Positions 36,516-43,904 of a DNA stretch of 43,904 nucleotides are shown here, one piece after another. Position 1 is the stretch's first letter. Every line of letters begins with the position of its first letter. Made by a program: the position numbers and the translations under genes. This DNA comes from a virus. Taxonomy: Duplodnaviria > Caudoviricetes. The stretch spans positions 1 through 43,904 of the IMG/VR virus record IMGVR_UViG_3300032024_000001. One strand, written 5' to 3'. The notes under the pieces are model-generated. The model was not told the origin of the DNA. It was given only the letters and a program-made list of their open reading frames with translations, and ran no database searches.

Positions 36516-36736
36516 TTGCTTTCTCCTTGGTCAGGTATTGCATCTTTAAGCTTAAAATAAGCTCTTTGGATTCCTAATTGATAAGCTTGAAACTCAGGCC
36601 AACTTGGCAAAGAGAAGCTATCTTCTGATAGAGTCTTACGTCTAGATAATTCTATCTGTTCATCCAGATATTCTCTAAGTAAGATAAATACTTCTCTTTT
36701 AGTTAAATCTTTTGCTTTCTCTGATTTTAAATCCAT
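36512..36736 (-). CDS. Hypothetical protein
   Basis: PSWPEFQAYQLG motif; leaderless start. Confidence 0.75.
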   Translation of the reverse strand: MDLKSEKAKDLTKREVFILLREYLDEQIELSRRKTLSEDSFSLPSWPEFQAYQLGIQRAYFKLKDAIPDQGESK

Positions 36737-36742
36737 AACTCT

Positions 36743-36771
36743 ATTATAACATACTAATATAGAAAAGTCAA
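36743..36771 (-). promoter_or_regulatory. sigma70-type promoter for the capsid operon (leaderless)
   Basis: TTGACT-17 bp-TATAAT with extended -10; ATG 6 nt after the -10. Confidence 0.85.
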
Positions 36772-36776
36772 GTCTT

Positions 36777-38543
36777 TTATTGTGGTGTCAACATGTCTTC
36801 TTCTACAGGAGTAGCTTGCTCTACTTGGAGAGTTTGTTGTACTTGATTAACTAACTTTTGAGTTTCAGCTTGTTCAAATACAGCAACGTTCTCTTGTATA
36901 AAGTCATACTGTTCAAAACCCATATACTCTTCAACCATTTGTGCCAAGCGTTTAGCAGAAACATGTGGAGCAATCTGTTGACCAATAGGACTATTAAATA
37001 CACCTAGTAGATTTTGTACTAGTTGTGCTCTTGCTGCAAAGTGTCTTGCACCAATAGGACGTAGTTTACCTTTAGCAGTAATATCATCTTTAGTAATAGA
37101 TAAGAAGTCTGCAACACCTAGGTCTGTATCAATCACTTTTGCTATCTCTACTAAGTCAATGTTACGTCTAGCTAATTCTAACATAGAGTTGATTACTGGT
37201 TCTAGTAACTCTACTTCAAATTTATTTACCTTGTGTTGGAAGATTCTACCAGCAGCATTCTGAAGTTGTTGTACTTCAAAAGCAGTCTTTTCACCTGGAG
37301 ATCTGATACCCATAGCTTCTTTAGGAGCACCAGCCATCTCTTCCATAATATTTAGTAAAGCAGCTATCTCATTGTTTACTTGGAAAGCAGCACTATTAGG
37401 AGCCATAGCTTCTACATCACCATCTTCTGGAATGTGGATAGTAGCCTCAGGACCCCATTCAAATGGTTCTACATCACCTTTTATTTTTAGTGGGGGATGG
37501 ATTGTTAGATCTAGTGCATCAGCCTTTAAGTTCTCTAAGTGATCTAAACGATACTGTAAACCAACTAAGTTATCTAAAGGACCCATTGAATATAGGTTAT
37601 CTGGACGATCTCTCCAACCCACATGGTGCTTAGTATCTCTACCTAACCAAGAAGGGTTCTCAATGTTTCTAATAACATAAGATCTGTCTATGATTGTGAT
37701 AATACGACGCTCGTGTAGAGTATCATTTACTTCATCATAGATATCACCTTCAAACTCTAGTATTTCTACTAGACCTGATTGGTAGTACTCTTGTAGTGAA
37801 CCAAAGCCTTCAAACAAATAAGCTTCTGCTTTGTTAACATCTTCCATTTTAAAAGCTGAGATATTCTTACGAGCATTAATAGCTTTGTTAAAGGCAGCCT
37901 CATCATAATTAAGATCTGGACGAGTTAAGAGATCTTTCTTCAATTCACCTACTGTTTTAAGATAGCGTGTGAATTTAGGAGAGTCCTTAAATGAGCTAGA
38001 TGTAGGGTTAAATACAATATCAAAAGGAGATACTCTTTCTAACTTAGGACCTCTGTATGTAGTTACCTCTTCACCAGTCACTTGGTCTATGTGTTTCTTG
38101 TCTACAAAAGTAACATCAGCAAACACATTACCATAGTCAATGAAGTCATATAATAGTTTAGATACAGTTTCTCTAAACTCAGACTCTCTTAGTTTGGTTT
38201 TAACATAAGCTTCAATAGCAATACGTTTCTTAGCAGTTACTGACTCTAAGTTGTAGCCTTCCCACTTCAACCAGTTATCATTAGGGAATAAGGCATCCAT
38301 ATAGTTAGCATGCAAGTTATCTCTAATCTGTGTTAGTTTAGGAAGGGTTGTTTTATTCTTCCAGGGTAACTTACTGTTAGTAGTAGTGGTAGTATCTGTT
38401 GCAAACAAATAGTTACGCAACTCTCTCCACTCTGCCTCTTTTTCACGACGTTGTGTCCACCAGTTATTATAGAGACCTGACAATGTTCTTGCCATTGTAT
38501 CTCTATTAAGTAACTCTCTAATTTGTGCGACTTTACCTGCCAT
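36777..38543 (-). CDS. Portal protein
   Basis: 588 aa after TerL; PWKNKTTLPKL, RVSPFDIVF, GIRSPGEKTAFEV. Confidence 0.88.
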   Translation of the reverse strand: MAGKVAQIRELLNRDTMARTLSGLYNNWWTQRREKEAEWRELRNYLFATDTTTTTNSKLPWKNKTTLPKLTQIRDNLHANYMDALFPNDNWLKWEGYNLESVTAKKRIAIEAYVKTKLRESEFRETVSKLLYDFIDYGNVFADVTFVDKKHIDQVTGEEVTTYRGPKLERVSPFDIVFNPTSSSFKDSPKFTRYLKTVGELKKDLLTRPDLNYDEAAFNKAINARKNISAFKMEDVNKAEAYLFEGFGSLQEYYQSGLVEILEFEGDIYDEVNDTLHERRIITIIDRSYVIRNIENPSWLGRDTKHHVGWRDRPDNLYSMGPLDNLVGLQYRLDHLENLKADALDLTIHPPLKIKGDVEPFEWGPEATIHIPEDGDVEAMAPNSAAFQVNNEIAALLNIMEEMAGAPKEAMGIRSPGEKTAFEVQQLQNAAGRIFQHKVNKFEVELLEPVINSMLELARRNIDLVEIAKVIDTDLGVADFLSITKDDITAKGKLRPIGARHFAARAQLVQNLLGVFNSPIGQQIAPHVSAKRLAQMVEEYMGFEQYDFIQENVAVFEQAETQKLVNQVQQTLQVEQATPVEEDMLTPQ

Positions 38544-38558
38544 ATGTATATTCCTTAA

Positions 38559-40094
38559 TTAATAACTTACACCACCAAAACGACTATGAGTTACTACATT
38601 CTTACCTATAGTAAAAGCTCCCATGTGCACTTTGGGTATTACAGCAATAGCCATAGCATTAGCTAAAGCATCTTTAATATCATCATGTGGTGGATGATTC
38701 ATTACTAGTTCTTCCTCTAGAGATTGACAGTTACCACCTCTGTAGTGCCATACTTGTAAGTTATCATACTTAGGTTCAAGTATAGCATTAATACGCTCAT
38801 TCTTATCACCTTGATGTCTAGTAGGTCTATGTTCATCAATTGATAAAGGGATACCATTAGGCTTAAGGTAACTCTCTTTTAGTTCTTTTACAATAGTTTG
38901 TTGAGCTACTGTAATCTCTGCTCTTAGCTTTCTAAAGCCCCACTTCTCTTGAGCAGCTACAATGTGGTTATAATACTCTACAATACGATCTGTTTTAAAT
39001 CTATCTATCTCTAAGATATAGAAATTACCTTGAGAATCTACACCAACAGTTACTAATGCAGTATAGTCGGCTTGTTTCCTTAATGAGAACGCAAAGTCAA
39101 TTGCTGCATATACATTAAGTTTTCTATCTTTTATGTACCAATCACCTTCTCTATTATTGAGAAGAGATCTCTCAAAGTATTGGAACTTCTCTTGGTTTAT
39201 TCTAGAGTTCTCAAGACTGTTAGGGTTATTGTAGTACTGAGCATAGAATTGAGTAGTATCTACATACTTAGCCTTAATCCTAGCTAACTCTTTATTATCA
39301 AATCCAAAGGTCTTACCATCAGGTCTAGATTGTTTAGGCCATAGGAACTCACCATTTGTTTCTACAGTCTTTTGAAAGAGTTCATAGACCTCTTCCTCTG
39401 ATTCTAAATCTCCATCTTGATTAAAGATAGATTCTTTCATTTGAACCATTGTATTATAAATGTCTTTAGGGTGGTATCTAGTACCTACAACCCATTCCAT
39501 AGCTCCAGGGTTCTCAATAGAAGCTAGTTGTGAGTAAGCAGAAGCTACTTTATCTCTACCATCCTCAGTATAAGCATTACCTGGAACCACAATATCGTCT
39601 AGTACTACAACGTCAGCATGGAAACCAGTAGTATTAGAGGTTAGACCTACAGCCTTACATGTAGCATCTCGAATACCTTCTAGCTTACGCTTAGGGTGAT
39701 CTACTGATATCTCTGCTACAGCCCACTTCTCTCTCTTACCCTCTTCAGGATTAATCATCTCAGGCCAGTATCTTAAGTAGATAGGACTGTCAATGATTTG
39801 CTTAATAGCATATAACTGCTTCTCAGCTAAGTCAGCAGTAGCTGATACATAAAGTATAGTAGTCTCAGGGTTCTTAGTAATCCACCAAGCTGTTCTATAA
39901 GCAGCTAACTTACTCTTCATGTGACCACGAGGGAGTAGGACTAACTGGTTACTCTTGGCATCCTGTCTATTCCACCACTCTATTAGTTCGTAGTGTACTG
40001 ATCCTAGTAGAAGATGTGGAGCTACTAACTTAATAAAAGTAGATAGATCAGCTTCTGCGGATTCTCTGATTGCCTGAAATTTATCTTGCAACAT
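38559..40094 (-). CDS. terL: Terminase large subunit
   Basis: PRGHMKS Walker A, VVLDD Walker B, GTRYH, IDFA nuclease motif, HDDIKDA. Confidence 0.93.
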   Translation of the reverse strand: MLQDKFQAIRESAEADLSTFIKLVAPHLLLGSVHYELIEWWNRQDAKSNQLVLLPRGHMKSKLAAYRTAWWITKNPETTILYVSATADLAEKQLYAIKQIIDSPIYLRYWPEMINPEEGKREKWAVAEISVDHPKRKLEGIRDATCKAVGLTSNTTGFHADVVVLDDIVVPGNAYTEDGRDKVASAYSQLASIENPGAMEWVVGTRYHPKDIYNTMVQMKESIFNQDGDLESEEEVYELFQKTVETNGEFLWPKQSRPDGKTFGFDNKELARIKAKYVDTTQFYAQYYNNPNSLENSRINQEKFQYFERSLLNNREGDWYIKDRKLNVYAAIDFAFSLRKQADYTALVTVGVDSQGNFYILEIDRFKTDRIVEYYNHIVAAQEKWGFRKLRAEITVAQQTIVKELKESYLKPNGIPLSIDEHRPTRHQGDKNERINAILEPKYDNLQVWHYRGGNCQSLEEELVMNHPPHDDIKDALANAMAIAVIPKVHMGAFTIGKNVVTHSRFGGVSY

Positions 40095-40097
40095 TAA

Positions 40098-40370
40098 TTA
40101 CCACTTAACCTTATCTGCCCAGTAAGCAGCACTCATCTTACCTTTAGCAATGTTATCAGCATGACGAGCTTTAAAAGACTTCTGTCTAGCTTTTTCAGAA
40201 GCAGTTTTAGGGTTAGATCCAGCACCACTAACACCCTGTTGACCAAAGCGAATTAACTTCTCTTTATCACCTACTTTTGCTAAAACAGCATGAGATTTAG
40301 TAGGGTGACTAGGAGTACGTTTAGGTTTATTGTAGCCACTAAATGTTTCTTGTCCCTTTTTAATAGTCAT
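40098..40370 (-). CDS. Basic phage protein
   Basis: IRFGQQG...RQKSFKARH...SAAYWADKVKW. Confidence 0.75.
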   Translation of the reverse strand: MTIKKGQETFSGYNKPKRTPSHPTKSHAVLAKVGDKEKLIRFGQQGVSGAGSNPKTASEKARQKSFKARHADNIAKGKMSAAYWADKVKW

Positions 40371-40372
40371 AC

Positions 40373-40747
40373 TTATTTCCTTAAAGTTAAATACATACGT
40401 TCACCGATGACAAATGACATACACGCACCACTTAGGTCAAGCATAATAAGAGTGATAGCTTCAGGTACAGTAGTAGAGAATACCGCACCAATAGTAGCTA
40501 ACCAAATAACGATAATAGATATATACCTAAAGCTAGACCTTAAGTTATTTACCCAAGGAGCTGGTTCACCTGCAGGTTTATCTATCTCTGCTAGTGCTTG
40601 CAAACGAGCTGTCTCTGCTTGCATGAGTTGAATACGCTCAGTTACATTGACAGGATTACCTCCTGCCCCTTTAGTAATCTTAGCAAAAATACCACGAACA
40701 CCATCCGTAATAGCTGGAAGAAGTGCTGGAAATAGAACTGACCACAT
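40373..40747 (-). CDS. Putative holin
   Basis: Hydrophobic segments, WVNNLRSSFR, FVIGER; adjacent to the endolysin. Confidence 0.7.
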   Translation of the reverse strand: MWSVLFPALLPAITDGVRGIFAKITKGAGGNPVNVTERIQLMQAETARLQALAEIDKPAGEPAPWVNNLRSSFRYISIIVIWLATIGAVFSTTVPEAITLIMLDLSGACMSFVIGERMYLTLRK

Positions 40748-41163
40748 TATACAATCCCCTTTACGTATTTGCCTTTACCCTTGAGTGTGAGAATATTCCC
40801 ACGCATACGAGGGTCAAAGGATATATGAACCCAAGTCTTTTCATAAATCAATTGGTCAAACTTTAGATTACTCTTACTTAAGATATTAGATATAGTAAGA
40901 GGAGTGTGACCATAGGCTGTAAAATCCACAGCATAACCATGAGTATGTGATGAGTTACTAGTACCACCCACTTGACGATTGACATCAGGACTACGGTAGC
41001 CACTATTGATAGTGATAGCCACATTGCCTAGTAACTCTCTCACCTTCTCCATGTAGAAAGCAGTAGTGCGTAACACTTCTACTATTTCTTTAGATGGAGT
41101 GTTGTCTAACTTAGTCTTAGTAACAGTTAGTTCAGCAAGAGAGAAGTGAGGTGTTAATTGCAT
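40747..41163 (-). CDS. Endolysin, peptidase M15 family
   Basis: Start revised to MQLTPHFSLAEL; SGYRS, SSHTHGYAVD, WVHIS Zn ligands. Confidence 0.9.
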   Translation of the reverse strand: MQLTPHFSLAELTVTKTKLDNTPSKEIVEVLRTTAFYMEKVRELLGNVAITINSGYRSPDVNRQVGGTSNSSHTHGYAVDFTAYGHTPLTISNILSKSNLKFDQLIYEKTWVHISFDPRMRGNILTLKGKGKYVKGIV

Positions 41164-41191
41164 ATTCTGTTTACTTGGAGCAGAGCGACAA

Positions 41192-41401
41192 TTAATGTCC
41201 AACAATAGCACGAGATAGATATGAGATAATTGCACCTACAAGAGAAGCAATCATCATACCCATCCAAAACCCACCACGGCCTTTATTAGCTAAGGCAAGT
41301 AGTTCATCTAGGGCTGTTTCCATCTTGTCTATCTTCTTCTCAAGGGATTCAACCTTTGAGATAAGCTTACCATATTCAACTGGGTCTATTGGTTCTGACA
41401 T
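41192..41401 (-). CDS. Small coiled-coil + transmembrane protein (lysis accessory candidate)
   Basis: Coiled coil then GGFWMGMMIASLVGAII. Confidence 0.7.
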   Translation of the reverse strand: MSEPIDPVEYGKLISKVESLEKKIDKMETALDELLALANKGRGGFWMGMMIASLVGAIISYLSRAIVGH

Positions 41402-41417
41402 TTATATACTCTCTCAG

Positions 41418-41663
41418 TTATTTATATGGATATTGAGCGTGAACAGCAGCTACTGCATCAAGCCACTCTTGTTCTGTCTTTTGACCTCGTTGCCATTGAA
41501 AGAAGATAGGGTCTGATTCTGTTGGATAAGCAGCAGCAGTCGTCTGCGTAGTTGCATCAGCAAATGTAATCCCTGTGGTATTAATTGTATTTGGAGTAGT
41601 CGCACCCAGTGCGCCATTTAAAGGAGTTACAACCCCTGATGTTCCGTCTAATATTATTGGCAT
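41418..41663 (-). CDS. Chimeric tail-associated protein (probable deletion fusion)
   Basis: Fibre-like N-terminus (GITFADATTQTTAA) joined to AYPTESDPIFFQWQRG...YPY. Confidence 0.6.
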   Translation of the reverse strand: MPIILDGTSGVVTPLNGALGATTPNTINTTGITFADATTQTTAAAYPTESDPIFFQWQRGQKTEQEWLDAVAAVHAQYPYK

Positions 41664-41678
41664 AGGTTTTCCTTAAAT

Positions 41679-41900
41679 TTAAGCTATTAGCGTTTTTAGT
41701 TCTTCTAGCGTTTGTACGCTATCAGCTAATTTAGTAATATCACGCAAGCGTTGTTTCTCCGTCACGATAGCAGCAGTATCAGCACCTGTTTCTAATGCTC
41801 GTTGAAAGGCTATATCTTGTGCTACAAGTAAAGGCTCACGCTCTGTGCGTAATCGTGCCTTAGTAATCTCTTTAGCTTTATCTATGTTAATAGTAATCAT
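41679..41900 (-). CDS. Tail fibre assembly chaperone-like protein
   Basis: LRTEREPLLVAQD...KQRLRDIT motif. Confidence 0.7.
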   Translation of the reverse strand: MITINIDKAKEITKARLRTEREPLLVAQDIAFQRALETGADTAAIVTEKQRLRDITKLADSVQTLEELKTLIA

Positions 41901-42280
41901 GCTGATTTCTCCCTAAATGTTTTTGAAGCTTTTGCTTGGCACAATTTGCAAATGCGCCTGTTATTTCTTAATGTGTATTCATTTCCACATTTACAATGTT
42001 TTTTTCTAGCATTAAAATTATCTTGAATTTTAACATTATCAGCTCTTGTAAGTAGTCTTAAATGATTTGGATTAACACAACTTCTTACTTTACATATATG
42101 GTCTACACATAAATCTTTCGGTATTTGTCCTTTAAAAAGATTGTAAGATACTCTATGAGCCTCATGCACAGTCCTTCCAATTCCAAATCTACCATACCCG
42201 TCTTTACTAACATGAGCAGTCCAAAGTAAACATCCAGAATTTGGCTCTGGTATTGTTTTACTTAAAAACCTATCAAGCAT
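41897..42280 (-). CDS. HNH homing endonuclease
   Basis: Start revised to MLDRFLSK; GCLLWT, GYG, AHRVSY, DHICKVRSCVNPNHL. Confidence 0.9.
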   Translation of the reverse strand: MLDRFLSKTIPEPNSGCLLWTAHVSKDGYGRFGIGRTVHEAHRVSYNLFKGQIPKDLCVDHICKVRSCVNPNHLRLLTRADNVKIQDNFNARKKHCKCGNEYTLRNNRRICKLCQAKASKTFREKSA

Positions 42281-42467
42281 TAGCAAACTCCCATGCGTCA
42301 CGAAATGTTCTGTCTGACGGAATGTCTGACTCGTCAACAATCTTAAACTCAACACCAGCAGGTAGCTCTTTAGCTAAGTCTTCTATTGAGTGCGTTTCTA
42401 AATACTCTGGTGTAGGAATAACAATTGCTACACCACCTTCTGCTGTTTTGTATATAATTCTTTGCAT
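42273..42467 (-). CDS. Tail-associated hypothetical protein
   Basis: GGVAIVIP...IPSDRTFRDAW. Confidence 0.75.
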   Translation of the reverse strand: MQRIIYKTAEGGVAIVIPTPEYLETHSIEDLAKELPAGVEFKIVDESDIPSDRTFRDAWEFANA

Positions 42468-42488
42468 AATTTATCCTTTATCTAAAAA

Positions 42489-42986
42489 TTAGTTACTAAA
42501 TACGACTACACCGACATAAGGTGGGTCAAATACAGTGCCACCATCGTCAGCAGTAGCAATCTGCAATGCACTTGTTGTAAAAGTTCCACCATATCTAGGA
42601 CCAATCGTGCCTGTCTGTGGGAAACCACTTCTAGTAATAGAGCCAGCCATCATGTAATTAGCATTACTCAAAGCAGTAGTAAAATTTACTGTGTAGTTAC
42701 CTACACCATTATCAGTAATACTTGTCACATTTCCACTAGTACGAACAGCAACCGTTCCTGTGCCATTAAAGTTGACCCAAGCCCTTGCTGAATAAGATGG
42801 TGCAGAGCCACTAGCAGTTGATAATGCTGTAGGAGTAGGTAAATTAGTTAATGCTGAACCATTACCATTAGTTAATAGCATAGTTCCACTTGTTGTAGGT
42901 AAGGTAATGACAGTAGAACCTGCTACTGCTGGAGCATCTAATGTTACTGAACCGCTTGTATTGCCTGCTATAATTACACCGCTCAT
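42489..42986 (-). CDS. Short tail fibre / tip protein
   Basis: ARAWVNFNG...NVTSITDNGVGNYTVNF domain. Confidence 0.75.
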   Translation of the reverse strand: MSGVIIAGNTSGSVTLDAPAVAGSTVITLPTTSGTMLLTNGNGSALTNLPTPTALSTASGSAPSYSARAWVNFNGTGTVAVRTSGNVTSITDNGVGNYTVNFTTALSNANYMMAGSITRSGFPQTGTIGPRYGGTFTTSALQIATADDGGTVFDPPYVGVVVFSN

Positions 42987-42989
42987 TAT

Positions 42990-43262
42990 TTATCCTTTAT
43001 CTAAAAAATTGAAGTTAACCCATGCTCTTGCAGAATATGATGGAGCTGAACCTGAAGCCGTAGTTAATGATGTAGCTGAAGTAGCAGTAGCGGCATTACC
43101 GGTAAATCCACCACTAGCACTTAATGTCCCTGTTATTGCAACACCAGCAGATGTAACTGCTGCAACCGTAGCTCCACCACTTTGTATGTTTAAATTACCA
43201 GTGTTGTCTGATGTAGTAATTACACCACCAACCCCAGCTGTACTTGCGTCTATTGAAGCCAT
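42990..43262 (-). pseudogene. Truncated short tail fibre / tip paralog
   Basis: Ends at SAPSYSARAWVNFN, then reads into intergenic RBS sequence (FLDKG*). Confidence 0.6.
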
Positions 43263-43271
43263 ATTATTTCC

Positions 43272-43904
43272 TTAAAGAATTACCCAACGAGCACCACTTG
43301 GAACAGTTACAGCTGCACCACCGTTAATGGTGATTGGGCCAACGCTCATAGCTGACTTGCCTGTTGATAACGTGTAACTTGTTGTGACAATCAAGCTGTT
43401 CTCTTGGAACACAGTATCACCACCAGCGCCAGTTGCCCCACCACCGCCACCAATAGAACCCCAAACAGAGCCGTCGTAACCCTCAAAGGCACCTTCTTCA
43501 GAGTTGAACCTAAAGTAACCAGCACCTGGACTAGCATCACGTTCAGCAGTAGTGCCACTAGGGATATCAGCAGAACCAGTTGCAGCAGTCTGTGCTACAA
43601 AGCCATCACCTGAAACGTAAGCCGCCACCCAGGCAGAGCCTGTGTACAACTTCATTACACCACTAGAAGAATTAAAATACAAAGCTCCAGCTATTAAAGC
43701 ATTACCATCATTGTCAACAGATGGATCAGACGCTTTAGCCCCCAAGTATCTGTCATCAAATGAGTCAAAGGCTGCTAAAGTAGAATCACGAGCGGATTCT
43801 GCAGCTGTTTGTGCAGATTGTGCAGCAGTTGCACTGGAAGAAGCATTAGTTGCTTGTGTTGTAGCTGTAGATGCACTAGTAGAGGCACTGGATGCACTAG
43901 AAGC
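43272..43904 (-). CDS. Tail fibre protein, C-terminal part (continuation of 462..1)
   Basis: Open frame from the window end; FDDRYLGAK, GALYFN, GTTAER, ENSLIVTTSYTL...GPITI...RWVIL. Confidence 0.85.
   Translation of the reverse strand, partial: ASSASSASTSASTATTQATNASSSATAAQSAQTAAESARDSTLAAFDSFDDRYLGAKASDPSVDNDGNALIAGALYFNSSSGVMKLYTGSAWVAAYVSGDGFVAQTAATGSADIPSGTTAERDASPGAGYFRFNSEEGAFEGYDGSVWGSIGGGGGATGAGGDTVFQENSLIVTTSYTLSTGKSAMSVGPITINGGAAVTVPSGARWVIL

Noticed and set aside
41418-43262. Diversity-generating retroelement or invertible shufflon acting on the tail tips
   Set aside because: No reverse transcriptase or recombinase; repeats are direct and differ mainly at synonymous sites, not specifically at adenines
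6883-43613. Many short nested or antisense ORFs in the track (e.g. 7795-8172, 17550-17849, 22405-22788, 27798-28196, 42907-43275)
   Set aside because: They overlap well-supported genes in other frames and lack an RBS or recognisable motifs
1-43904. Apparent abundance of CTAG/TAG, raising possible stop-codon recoding
   Set aside because: Genes read through intact in the standard code and TAG ends several ORFs; k-mer bias cannot be quantified by eye

Overview
This window is an apparently complete, circularly permuted ~43.9 kb lytic podovirus genome: the tail-fibre ORF starting at 462(-) runs off position 1 and continues in frame at 43904. It resembles Zobellviridae (PA11/CW02/SIO1-type): two divergent arms, with no RNA polymerase, integrase or repressor recognised. 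The + arm (2257-20254) holds early genes, an amidoligase/glutamine-amidotransferase/ATP-grasp module, primase, helicase, a family A DNA polymerase split into two genes, SSB, exo- and endonucleases, a metallophosphoesterase, tRNA-Arg(UCU), a class II B12-dependent RNR, HNH genes and a pqqA peptide missed by the ORF track, which points to a Methylophilaceae host. The - arm holds the terminases, a tail-fibre cassette array, lysis genes, portal, scaffold, capsid, tail and internal virion proteins. The most unusual part is the largely non-coding region 1302-2256 near the probable genome end. It packs phased host-regulator-like sites (NrdR-box-like palindromes, IHF-like sites, DnaA boxes at an 11-bp period, OmpR/PhoB-like repeats) and may act as a DNA decoy for host replication and dNTP regulators. 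Other oddities: leaderless sigma70-type late promoters, an ATG-ATG-TAA minigene, an HNH gene that appears to have taken the start codon of a virion gene, and deletion-scarred tail-tip genes. All calls come from motif recognition by eye; no searches were run.
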